64,000 nucleotides of DNA, taken from assembly GCF_006345805.1 (NCBI RefSeq), contig NC_043017.1, positions 32,488,001 through 32,552,000 on the forward strand. Direction: 5' to 3'. Of this stretch, positions 52,413-64,000 are shown piece after piece. The notes below the pieces were generated by a model. The model ran no database searches and had not been told where the DNA came from. It saw nothing but the letters and a program-made list of their open reading frames with translations. The translations under genes were made by a program, and so were the position numbers. Within the stretch, counting starts at the first letter, position 1. Every line of letters begins with the position of its first letter. Source of the DNA: Octopus sinensis (taxonomy: Eukaryota).

Positions 52413-53188
52413 CAATATATATGTGTATGCCTGTGTTTGTGCATTGCTCTGTGTGTGTGTGTGCCTGTGTATGTGTGTATCACAGTGTGTGTGTGTGTGT
52501 GTGTGTGACATATTATAAATGCACCTTTTTGTTTACAAAGGTTTCACGGCATGTTGAGACAGGTGAAGGATCCCAGACATATTTCAGACAAGGGCTGCAA
52601 GCAAATGTCACCCTCATTGATGCCGATCTTTATAACTAGAAAGCAATCATATGCGAAGGGGAGGGAAATATGAATTCACTCAAACACACACACACATGCA
52701 CACACAGTTTCTAGCAATGATCCCACTACTATTATCCAGCAGCAAATAGATTTGCTTTGCTACAATGAATGATGTCTGTGTGGGGGTGGGTGTGTGCATG
52801 AAAGCCATAGGATGAGAGGGATTTTGTAGCATTTGAATATTTCACCCCTGAAAACATGGGTGTTTTGTTCTGCATCCTTAAACAAACCTTATTCAGTGAC
52901 ATTTTGAGTAGGATGGGTTACTAGACATGAAGAAAATTCTAACTGGACCCCACCTGCAAGGGCATGCACTTTTCATCTTGATACGAGGTCATCAAGTTGC
53001 ATGCATATGGTTGTGATGCATATGCCTGGTGAGATGGATAGCCATGATGGATATATTGTGCTTCATATATTTGTACCCCAGCATCACTTTGATAGCATGT
53101 GCTGCATTCTGTCACTCCACAGTAATGATAATAATACAGTAATAGACAAAGGGAACTGAATTTGCTGACTGGTCATTCCATTACGTCC

Positions 53189-53356
53189 ATGAAATCTGTA
53201 AGGGATGTACCTTTGATAATTGGTGCATTAGGGACTCTGAGTGATGACGTAGACAAATGAATAAAGGAAATTGGAATGGAATGTCCTGTAGAGCTTCTAT
53301 AGAAGGTTTGCTTCTTGGGAACAGGAAAGATCATCAGGAGGGCTTTGAGCACATGA
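53189..53356 (+). mobile_element. Old RLE-LINE C-terminal fragment
   Basis: VPLIIGALGTLSDDVDK*IKEIGMECPVELL*KVCFLGTGKIIRRALST*. Confidence 0.7.
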
Positions 53357-54560
53357 TAGCTTAGTGAAATCATGTGGATATTTCAGGTTACATGTAGTGA
53401 CTCGCTACCCATTTATATTTTACCTAGACTGAGACCAACCCTGAGTCAGGTCAAATAATGATAATTCTTTCTGATTTTGAGCACAAGGCAATCAGTTTTG
53501 AGAAGGGGCAAGTCAGTTATAGTGACTCCGGTACTTGACTGTTACATTTTTTTATCAACTGAAGAGCAAAGTTGACCCAACAGAATTTGAACTCAGAGTA
53601 TAATGAGCCAGAAGAAAAATTGCTTGACATTTTGTCCAAAGTGTTAACAAGCCAGTCAGCTTGCCACATATGGCTGATTTGGGTATATCAAAGCAGAAGG
53701 AAGGCTTTTCAGTTATTTAGAAAGATAAATGGTATTGATTGAAGTATTGTTTAAAATGAAGGATAGAGTAGTTTAGTCAGAGTGTGATTTTTAAATTCTA
53801 CTTTTCCAGGAGATACTTATCAAAGTGGTGGCATTTTGTAAAAATCTGAGATCTTGCATTTAGATGGTAAATTCACTGTAAAAGTTATTTTTTAAAAGTA
53901 TAATACTTTTATTAGTTGTACTTTCAGGGAATCATTTACACCCATTCTTTTATGGAGTACACAACTCAATGAACTTCCACTTGGTGGCAAAATCAGTGGC
54001 ATAATCGTTCAAATGTCAGATGTAATTAAACAAATTTGTAACATTTGTTTCTTCTGTTTGTCTGAAGAAGAAATATAATTGATAATTCAAATTGACTTTT
54101 TGCATATCTATGGCTAGTAAGGTAATGTTTACCATTTAAGTTTACAATGGTTTTAATGATATTGGACTTAATGTTTTAATGGAAAATTACATCTGAAACA
54201 GATGGTGATCAGGTGTTTCATTTTATGTTAGGCTGGCAGTAGTTACTGGAATATGTAATCTTGTTCACTAGCAGAGCTATAGGGAGGGTCAGCACTTTTA
54301 TGGGGGTGGCATTACACTTGGTTCTGCTGTAGGCAATATGTATATTTTGTGGAGGCCCCAGGATGGCAAACTGAAGGGCTGTGCCAGGCAGCATTCACTC
54401 TAGCTACACAAGTAATCATGTCTTTGTAACAACTAGATTCTGGTACTTTATTTTGCAAGAAGCCATTATTAGCAAACATATCCTTATTCTATGACAAATT
54501 TCATATCCTTCCACAAGTGTCGCGAGTTTGTAAACACCTAATTAATAGTATTAGTAAAAT

Positions 54561-54794
54561 AAGGCGGTAAGCTAGCAGAATCGTTAGTGTGCCGGGTGAA
54601 ATGCTTAGCGGTATTTCATCTGCTGCTATGTTCTGAGTTCAAATTCTGCCGAGGTCGACTTTGCCTTTCATCCTTTCAGGGACGATTAAATAAATACCAG
54701 TTACGCACTGGGGGTGATATAATCGATTTAATCCGTTTGTCTGTCCTTGTTTGTCCTCTCTCTGTTTAGCCCCTTGTGAGCAGTAAAGAAATAG
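54561..54794 (+). mobile_element. SINE family B monomer with 12-bp TSD
   Basis: TSD GTATTAGTAAAA at 54548-54559 and 54795-54806. Confidence 0.85.
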
Positions 54795-54944
54795 GTATTA
54801 GTAAAAGTATGTGGCCCGAGCCTATATTATATGTTTTCTTGAACCTATAAAATCTAAAGAAAAAGATTAAAGGTAGTGAATTTCCCCCCATATTTTTAAC
54901 TTCAATTTGATTGTGAATACAAGCAGCCAAAAGTGGGTCCTCCA

Positions 54945-55260
54945 AAGGATTTCTGGAGTAACATTACTCAACAGGGTTTGTTACTCAGAGATCCAGTATT
55001 CTTTCCAGGTTGAGCTGCTAATTATACACATTGAGAGAGCACAGCTTTGAAATTACACACATTCGGTTAGAATGTCACAGGAAAGAGTCGCAAGGTATAT
55101 TTTTCAAGGGAAGCCAACCAGCAGAGGACTTAGGGGTAGACCAAAAACAAAATGGTTGGGTAATTTCCATAGTTTAAGTTGGTCGTGCTTGGGTTTCCAG
55201 CTGGAAAGTCTAACGACAATTGCTTCTTGTAAGACCCTATGACTGAGGAGCCTACACCTG
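54945..55260 (+). mobile_element. Old RTE LINE RT C-terminal fragment
   Basis: RISGVTLLNRVCYSEIQ...IERAQL*...VRMSQERVARYIFQGKP...RGRPKTKW. Confidence 0.7.
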
Positions 55261-55812
55261 TGACCCACCGTAGAATAATGGGCAGAGAATATAAATGAAT
55301 GGATGTTTTAGGGCAAGTGGAACTATCACAAAATACACATTCCAAAGAGGCCAGATAGTGGGAACAAACTTAAGACCTCATGAATTTGAAAAGAAGCTTT
55401 TAACCATTTGGCCATGTCTGTGCTTAGTCCTAACAATTTCACAGGCATATTGACACAATTAATTCCAAATCCACTGGCATTCAGCTGACAAATCAAATAA
55501 AAATGCTTTTGTGTAAGAATTCTAAATGTCATACGTTGCTTTGTATTATTTCAATGTACCTTTATATTATTTGAAAATAAATTTCATTTCATTTTCTAAA
55601 ATAATGTTTGTTTCCTACCAAAGTTTTGCAATTATCTACAATAGAAACAATAGGTTCTGAGGAGTCATAAATATATTCTAGAATAACAAAAACATCCTCT
55701 TCAATATATTATCCAGGCCCAGTATTTGTCACATACACAAACATACGTTTGTTCACACACACACACACACGCATACACGTATAAACATACGTATATATAT
55801 ATATTATATATA

Positions 55813-55863
<51 letters not shown>

Positions 55864-56006
55864 CATACATATATGACATATATATACATACATATATGAC
55901 ATATTTATACATAAATAAATATATGTATATATATATATATATATAAATATACGTATATATATATATGTATGTATATATATATATGACATATTTATAAATA
56001 CATAAA

Positions 56007-56049
<43 letters not shown>

Positions 56050-56056
56050 GTGTGTG

Positions 56057-56087
<31 letters not shown>

Positions 56088-56607
56088 ACATATGTGTGAA
56101 TATATATGTAAACATATATATATATATGTATACATATACATATATATACATATATTTGTATACACACACACACACACACACATACTGGTGTGTTCATCTG
56201 TTTTGAACACTCCCAAGTATACACATTCATATGAACACAAAACTATCATGCATTTTGCTTAACAATCGCATACATGTGTATACATACACACACACGTTTA
56301 AACATATTTTGCCTTGAAAAACGTATCTGCTTATTTGCAAACTATATACTTAACTAATTACCACCCTACCTATGTCTACCACTCTACGTACATATCTACT
56401 GAGCTGACTGACTAATAAATTTTGGCAATACTAATGATATACAGACCCACCATTCCAAAATATTGGTTATTATCTGTAATTTTTATTCATTAACAACACA
56501 AAACTATAAGGTATAACTGTGTGTACCGAAAAGTAAAACTAACATATTTTGACAACTTTTGCATTGTCAAAACTCACAACATAAACTTTTTAACAAATAC
56601 ACACACA

Positions 56608-56646
<39 letters not shown>

Positions 56647-57068
56647 ATGTGTGTGTATGTGTTCATGTAGATAGGTATAGATGTGTAAATATTTATACAT
56701 AAATATGTATGTTATTCATGCATATAATAATAATAATAATAATAATATAATATAATAATAATAATAATCATAATAATAATAATAATAATATTAATAATAA
56801 TGATGATGATAATAATAATAATGAAATTATTGTATACTGTGCTCAGGTGTGCACAAACACACACATGCTTATTCTTACACATACACACACATATGCATGT
56901 AAAAATGTATGTATGTCATCACTATCACCTTCATCATCATTTAACCTTTCTGTCAATTGTATTGATTATTCATTCACATTGTTTTGAAGCAATCCCACAT
57001 TATTGCAGCTTTAGGATTCCCCATGATGTCAGCATCAATCATCACGAATTTTTAACGCCTGTATTCCC

Positions 57069-58450
57069 TGCTGGTATGTGTTGGACAGACTGACAGTAAC
57101 TAGCAAAGCTAAGGAGTCACCCCAGGTTCCCTAGTCTATTTCCAATGCTGGTATGTGTTGGACAGACTGACAGTAACTAGCAAAGCTAAGGGGTCACCCC
57201 AGGTTCCCTAGTCTATTTCCAATGCTGGTATGTGTTGGACAGATTGACAGTAACTAGCAAAGCTAAGGGGTCACCCCAGGTTCCCTAGTCTATTTCCAAT
57301 GCTGGTATGTGTTGGACAGACTGACAGTAACTAGCAAAGCTAAGGAGTCACCCCAGGTTCCCTAGTCTATTTCCAATGCTGGTATGTGTTGGACAGACTG
57401 ACAGTAACTAGCAAAGCTAAGGGGTCACCCCAGGTTCCCTAGTCTATTTCCAATGCTGGTATGTGTTGGACAGATTGACAGTAATTAGCAAAGCTAAGGG
57501 GTCACCCCAGGTTCCCTAGTCTATTTCCAATGCTGGTATGTGTTGGACAGACTGACAGTAACTAGCAAAGCTAAGGAGTCACCCCAGGTTCCCTAGTCTA
57601 TTTCCAATGCTGGTATGTGTTGGACAGACTGACAGTAACTAGCAAAGCTAAGGGGTCACCCCAGGTTCCCTAGTCTATTTCCAATGCTGGTATGTGTTGG
57701 ACAGACTGACAGTAACTAGCAAAGCTAAGGGGTCACCCCAGGTTCCCTAGTCTATTTCCAATGCTGGTATGTGTTGGACAGATTGACAGTAACTAGCAAA
57801 GCTAAGGGGTCACCCCAGGTTCCCTAGTCTATTTCCAATGCTGGTATGTGTTGGACAGATTGACAGTAACTAGCAAAGCTAAGGGGTCACCCCAGGTTCC
57901 CTAGTCTATTTCCATGCTGTTATGTGTTGGACAGATTGACAGTAACTAGCAAAGCTAAGGGGTCACCCCAGGTTCCCTAGTCTATTTCCAATGCTGTTAT
58001 GTGTTGGACAGATTGACAGTAATAGCAAAGCTAAGGGGTCACCCCAGGTTCCTAGTCTATTTCCAATGCTGTTATGTGTTGGACAGATTGACAGTAACTA
58101 GCAAAGCTAAGGGGTCACCCCAGGTTCCCTAGTCTATTTCCAATGCTGTTATGTGTTGGACAGACTGACAGTAACTAGCAAAGCTAAGGGGTCACCCCAG
58201 GTTCCCTAGTCTATTTCCAATGCTGGTATGTGTTGGACAGATTGACAGTAACTAGCAAAGCTAAGGGGTCACCCCAGGTTCCCTAGTCTATTTCCAATGC
58301 TGTTATGTGTTGGACAGATTGACAGTAACTAGCAAAGCTAAGGGGTCACCCCAGGTTCCCTAGTCTATTTCCAATGCTGTTATGTGTTGGACAGATTGAC
58401 AGTAACTAGCAAAGCTAAGGGGTCACCCCAGGTTCCCTAGTCTATTTCCA
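57069..58450. repeat. Tandem array, 18 x 77 bp, formed inside an RTE 3' UTR copy
   Basis: Unit TGCTGGTATGTGTTGGACAGACTGACAGTAACTAGCAAAGCTAAGGGGTCACCCCAGGTTCCCTAGTCTATTTCCAA; the RTE tail resumes at 58451. Confidence 0.95.
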
Positions 58451-59058
58451 CTTGGTTTCTACCACTGGATGTCCTTCCTAACATCAACCACTCTACAGAG
58501 TGTACTGGGTGCTTTTTTACCTGGCACCATCACCAGTACTTCTTTTTTATGTGGCACTAACACCAGTGCACTTTGCATGACACCATCACCAGCGCATTTT
58601 AGCTGGCACCTGCACCCATACCAGTGCTTTTTAGTGACACCTTGGTTTTAGGATCTTTCAAAAAAATGTAAAGCAGAACCTAACCACTTGTAACATTCTA
58701 TTCCTTCTAAACGAAATCATGTTAAATTAGTCATTCCCAACATGTTTGATTATCTCCCTTATACGGGAAAACATCCTTGATTACCTTCCCCTGCTTGGAA
58801 CTCCATATTTCACAACATAGCAAAGACATGACACGATATAGGTAAAGAAATTTGAGAAATTTGAAAAGAAAATTCGAAACCGGTTATTTCTCCGAAAACT
58901 ATGTTACTATATGCAAAATTTTATAACATTTTTCTAACATAACGACTTAAATATATTCTTTAACCATACAACACAATCCCTCTGTAGGTTTTTAACTCTT
59001 TTTTGTTTTTTATACATCCAACCATGTGCTTTCACATAGCAACTCTCTCACCTATATA

Positions 59059-59110
<52 letters not shown>

Positions 59111-59122
59111 TATACATATATA

Positions 59123-59382
59123 CTTTATTTAACAGCAGCAGAAATGTAACAAAAGCTGTTACTCGGAGTTTCACATTCCTGTTTGTTGGACAGTTTTTAT
59201 CAAAACTGTTCGACGAACGGGAGCGTGAAACTCTGAGTAACAGGTTCGACAAATGGGAACATGAAACTCCGAGTAACAGCTCTTGTTACATTTCAGCTGC
59301 TTTTAAATAAAGCATAATACTCTACCTCTGGTAATTGAGTACTCTTTTTTCCACCTTGTTTCACATTTATGTGCTTACTCCA

Positions 59383-59385
<3 letters not shown>
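59123..59385. mobile_element. Fold-back module with three hammerhead-like motifs (59156-59193 minus; 59206-59243 and 59246-59279 plus, tandem)
   Basis: Same family as 39904; (TA)n on both sides. Confidence 0.75.
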
Positions 59386-59430
<45 letters not shown>

Positions 59431-59498
59431 GTTTATATATTTATTGGCTAAACTGGCAAAATGACCATTCCGAAATATAACAATATATATATATATAT

Positions 59499-59548
<50 letters not shown>

Positions 59549-59595
59549 GTATGTGTGTGTATGTATGTATGTATGTATGTATGTATGTATGTATG

Positions 59596-59626
<31 letters not shown>

Positions 59627-59772
59627 TCATTTAATGTTTGCTTTCCATGGGTTAGGTGATTTGACAGAAAAATGGTAAACTAGAGAACTGGTTAGGTTCC
59701 AGTTGTCTCATTTGGCATGATTTCTATGGCTGGATGTCCTTCCTAATGCCAAGCACTTTACAGAGGATACTT

Positions 59773-60680
59773 CATGCATTTTTACATGGCACCAGCATGA
59801 ATGCTTCTACATGGCATGGGCAAGGGTGCTTTTACATGGAACCCATGCAAGCACTTTTACACAGCATCACCCTGGGCAGTTTCACACGGCGAAAGGGCAG
59901 GCAATTTTACATGGCACCTGCATTGGCACTTATATGTCACACGGCACAGGAGCTCTTATGTGGCACCAGCACACCTACTTTTGTATCGCACCAGCACAGG
60001 TGCTTTTACATGGCACCTGCATGGGCACTTATATGTCACAGAGGCACAGGAGCTCTTATGTGGCACCAGCACACCTACTTTTATATGGCACCAGCACAGG
60101 TGCTTTTACATGGCACCTGCATGGGCACTTATATGTTACAGAGGCACAGGAGCTCTTATGTGGCACCAGCACAGGTGCTTTTACATGGCACCTGCATGGG
60201 CACTTATATGTCACAGAGGCACAGGAGCTCTTATGTGACACCAGCACACCTACTTTTATATGGCACCAGCACAGGTGCTTTTACATGGCACCTGCATGGG
60301 CACTTATATGTCACAGAGGCACAGGAGCTCTTATGTGGCACCAGCACACCTACTTTTATATGGCACCAGCACAGGTGCTTTTACATGGCACCTGCATGGG
60401 CACTTATATGTTACAGAGGCACAGGAGCTCTTATGTGGCACCAGCACACCTACTTTTATATGGCACCAGCACAGGTGCTTTTACATGGCACCTGCATGGG
60501 CACTTATATGTCACAGAGGCACAGGAGCTCTTATGTGGAACCAGCACACCTACTTTTATATGGCACCAGCACAGGTGCTTTTACATGACACCAGCATGGG
60601 TGCTTTTATGTGGAATCAGTACACACTTTTAGGCAACACCAAAACAGGCACATTTACATAGCGTCAACACAGGTGCTGGG
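59773..60680. repeat. 25-bp monomer minisatellite with 100-bp 4-mer higher-order repeat (core 59962-60586) inside an RTE 3' UTR
   Basis: HOR = GGCACCAGCACACCTACTTTTATAT / GGCACCAGCACAGGTGCTTTTACAT / GGCACCTGCATGGGCACTTATATGT / CACAGAGGCACAGGAGCTCTTATGT. Confidence 0.92.
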
Positions 60681-61692
60681 GTTGTTTTTACAAGATACCC
60701 ACACTGATATACTCAGCCACGTACACATACCTGAGCTGTTTATGGTAAGAGTCATGGTAGCAGCGCTAACATTGTTGATACTCTTATCATATTTCTCATT
60801 AGTTTGCTGCTTGTTTGCAATAGGTGCAAAGCCAGCCTCTTTTCTTATCATAATATGATACCCCACGGGCATATTAATATGATTTTTATTTCTGTATTTT
60901 TCAGCATGTCATTAAGTTTCTTGTATGTATGTCGACACACTCCCTGTGTAGGTTTCTCTTCTTCGTCCTTATGCTAGTTTTCCACAATCCCTTTTGTTAT
61001 CCTCTGGATAGTTTTCCTAATGTAATTTGTTACAGTTTTCTTGCAGTTGCTCTCATCTCATATGATATTTGCAGTTATATGTAAATAATACATTTAACTA
61101 TGTTTGTGCATCTGTATAAATATACATACATGTGTGGTGTGTGTGTAAGAGAGTGAATACTGAGAAACATAATAGGCATTCAAGGTTAAGCTATACGTTT
61201 GTATGACAATTTGCAGAAAGTAGAAGGTACAACTTGTGACACAAAATATTTTTCCTGCCAGTTAAGGCTTGTTTGAATGGTACTTTACATTGCGCAATTT
61301 TATCCTGACTGTAGGGCTGAAAATGTTGATAGGAACATTGCTGCTAATTATCCAGGGAATGGCAAAAGTAAAATTGTTGCCAATAGAGGTTGTACACCAG
61401 AACAAGAATGCTATGTTTATAAAACGGAGCTTTTCTGGAATTGAATGCTTCCTAGGACTTTATGAGAAGTAAAATTAGCACCAGGCTTTGGAAGCTTCCA
61501 GATACGTATTATTCAATGATTTTCGATTTGATCCTGTGTTTTGCCATTTAGACATCACTATTCAATTCTGTGCACAACCAAGAATGGAGACACAACACAC
61601 AGCTGCATCAACATTCTGCATGTCAAGAGGTGAGATATGTGAATAAGTCAGGTGGTTTCAACATTCCGCTAAGAGTTTGGGTGCTAAATGCA

Positions 61693-62113
61693 GCGCAGGA
61701 GTGGCTGTGTGGTGAGTAGCTTGCTTACCAACCACATGGATCCAGGTTCAGTCCTACTGCATGGCATCTTGGGCAAGTGTCTTCTGCTATAGCCTCAGGG
61801 CCGACCAATGCCTTGTGAGTGGATTTGGTAGACGGAAACTGAAAGAAGCCTGTCGTATATATGCATATATATATATATATATGTATGTGTATGTATGTGT
61901 TTGTGTGTCTGTGTTTGTCCCCCTAGCATTGCTTGACAACCGATGCTGGTGTGTTTACGTCCCCGTCACTTAGCGGTTAAGCAAAAGAGACCGATAGAAT
62001 AAGTACTGGGCTTACAAAGAATAAGTCCCGGGGTCGATTTGCTCGACTAAAGGCGGTGCTCCAGCATGGCCGCAGTCAAATGACTGAAACAAGTAAAAGA
62101 GTAAAGAGTAAAG
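61693..62113 (+). mobile_element. SINE family A, young subfamily
   Basis: Near-consensus copy. Confidence 0.88.
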
Positions 62114-62560
62114 AGCTTATATAGGGCACAAGAGGATTCGGATGTTCTGATGTCCTTCTCCCACTCAGTCTGAGAACTTTGAAGCAACATAGAAAAGCAA
62201 ATGATAAGAATGATACAACTGCAACAAAGAACTTCTGAGAAATGTTGAATGTTATGATTGTAGTGGATAACTTAGCTGAGACTTGGGATGAGATGGAAGC
62301 CTTATAAATAGCAGTTGGCAATATAAATGGTAAGACAAGGCAGCAAAGTCGCAGAATCATTAACATGACAAACAAAATGTTTAGCAGCATTTCTTCTAGC
62401 ATTCTGGGTTCAAATTTTGCCAAGATCAACTTTGCCTTTCATCCATTGGGGTCTATAAGTACCAGTTGTGCACTGGGGTTAATGTAATCAATTTACCCAC
62501 CTCTCCCTCAAAATTGCTGGCCTTGTGCCAAAGTGAGAAACTAATATATATATGGCAAGA

Positions 62561-62977
62561 AAGGTGGCGAGCTGGCAGAAACGTTAGCATGCTGGGCGAA
62601 ATGCTTCACGGTATTTCGTCTGCCATTATGTTGTGAGTTCAAATTCCGCTGAGGTTGACTTTGCCTTTCATCCTTTTGGGGTCGATAAATTAAGTACCAG
62701 TTACGTACTGAGGTCGATGTAATCGACTTAATCCCTTTGTCTGTCCTTGTTTGTCCCCTCTGTGTTTAGCCCCTTGTGGGTAGTAAAGAAATAGGTATTT
62801 TGTCTGCTGCTACGTTCTGAGTTCAAATTCTGCCGAGGTCGACTTTGCCTTTCATCCTTTCGGGGTTGATTAATTAAGTACCAGTTACGTACTGGGGTCG
62901 ATGTAATCGACTTTAATCCCTTTGTCTGTCCTTGTTTGTCGCCTTTGTGTTTAGCCCCTTGTGGGTAGTAAAGAAAT
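62561..62977 (+). mobile_element. SINE family B dimer with 18-bp TSD
   Basis: TSD AATATATATATGGCAAGA on both sides; junction AAAGAAATA|GGTATT at ~62793. Confidence 0.9.
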
Positions 62978-63772
62978 ATATATATGGCAAGATTACAACC
63001 ATGATGTAACAGGGTTTTTTATTTCTTCGATCAGTAAAGAGCCTACATGAAGATCTGGAAGGTATCCTAAGATTGGCAAATGATGTACTAGTTGAAAGAA
63101 TCGTAGATGATTCTGTAGTTGAGTTCTGAGGGTTGACAGGAAAAGTTACAGGCTTTAGAATAAAAGCAGACTGCTGGAAAAGAAGAGAATATAGAAGCTC
63201 CAACCATTGTATTTGAGTCAGCAGCATGACTTAAAATGACAAGCAAAGTTTCTGCGATGACCAGTACAAAGAGATAATGCATCATAAACAACAAACAAAT
63301 CTGGATTCTTTCTTCATCCCTGTAGCAGATGCTGCAGGTCTATTAGGCAAAAGATAGAGCTCCTTTCGCTTCCCAGTATCTCACAATGCAACATCTCCCA
63401 TCACACAGCTGTCAATATCATTTATAGGTAGTAGTTACCATTCTCTGATATTACCGTATTTTCTGATTCCTTCCCTGATGTATTTCACTTAAAACGGTTT
63501 CATGCATACACTCTCTGCCGTTTGCGTCTTTCGAAACTGATGCTTCTCTGCATAAAAGATGTTGTATTCATTATTATTGTTTTGTTTTGTTTTTGTAAGT
63601 GTTCCCTCAGAATGCATCGCAATTTATATGGAAATCACTTGCATTAAGGGATTTTTGCATTATGGCAAGATTTTCAATAATGCATAATTCTGTTAGTGTG
63701 GAAGATGCTTCTCTATATGTTTATATTTGTGTGTGCATGTGTGTGTATGAAGCCCTTTCTCTCACTATACAC

Positions 63773-63817
<45 letters not shown>

Positions 63818-64000
63818 TACACATACATAATACATGTATATGTACATGTATATTATACACACACATGTGCACTCACGCACACACACACCTACACACATAC
63901 ATGTGCACACACAGTACCTGGGAACGAAATTTGCTTAGTGGGTGCAAACCCAGGCCCAAATTTTTTTATGGAGAAATTAGATTTTCTCAATGTTAATATT

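Larger units (their letters stand above)
61170..63340 (+). mobile_element. Fragmented Tigger/pogo-family transposase pseudogene interrupted by SINEs
   Basis: FPAS*GLFEW, GCTPEQ..YKTELFW*MLPRTL..LAPGF (61250-61500); TKNF*EMLNV..DNLAETWDEM (~62220); terminal KQTNLDSFF (~63295); matches Tigger motifs F.AS.GWF, PEQ.FN.DETGLFW..P.RT..APGFK and QxxLxxFF. Confidence 0.7.

Noticed and set aside
54921-55010. Plus-strand exon QPKVGPPKDFWSNITQQGLLLRDPVFFP
   Set aside because: Another frame of the same bases matches the RTE RT C-terminus.
57069-58450. CRISPR-like array (also considered for 36144 and 59962)
   Set aside because: No unique spacers, no cas genes, eukaryotic context.
59734-60632. Three overlapping 145-284-aa ORFs
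   Set aside because: Arise from a 100-nt (non-triplet) repeat cycling through frames inside a LINE UTR; no coding signature.

Overview
Eukaryotic, AT-rich, microsatellite-saturated genomic DNA. The SINE/LINE families look like those of an octopus (coleoid cephalopod); this is recognition from memory and was not database-checked. No intact protein-coding gene is recognisable, and nearly all supplied ORFs are translations of simple repeats. The window is a mosaic of: at least five SINE-like families; RTE, CR1/L2-type and restriction-like-endonuclease (R4/Dong-type) LINE remnants; Penelope-like element (PLE) RT and GIY-YIG remnants; Helitron, hAT and Tigger/pogo remnants; a 5S rRNA pseudogene; and several young tandem arrays and fold-backs. 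The main unexpected signal is about 10 minimal type-I hammerhead ribozyme (HHR) motifs from about 6 sequence families. Nearly all lie in short non-coding modules embedded in (TA)n, all have a self-complementary stem III (dimer-type architecture), and several are arranged as fold-backs carrying ribozyme motifs on both strands. A second signal is a SINE that recurs as head+body+body multimers with one fixed junction (GGTAT), and GGTAT also starts several of its target-site duplications. A few isolated minus-strand exon-like islands may belong to an unidentified spliced gene. Folding and alignments were done by eye.
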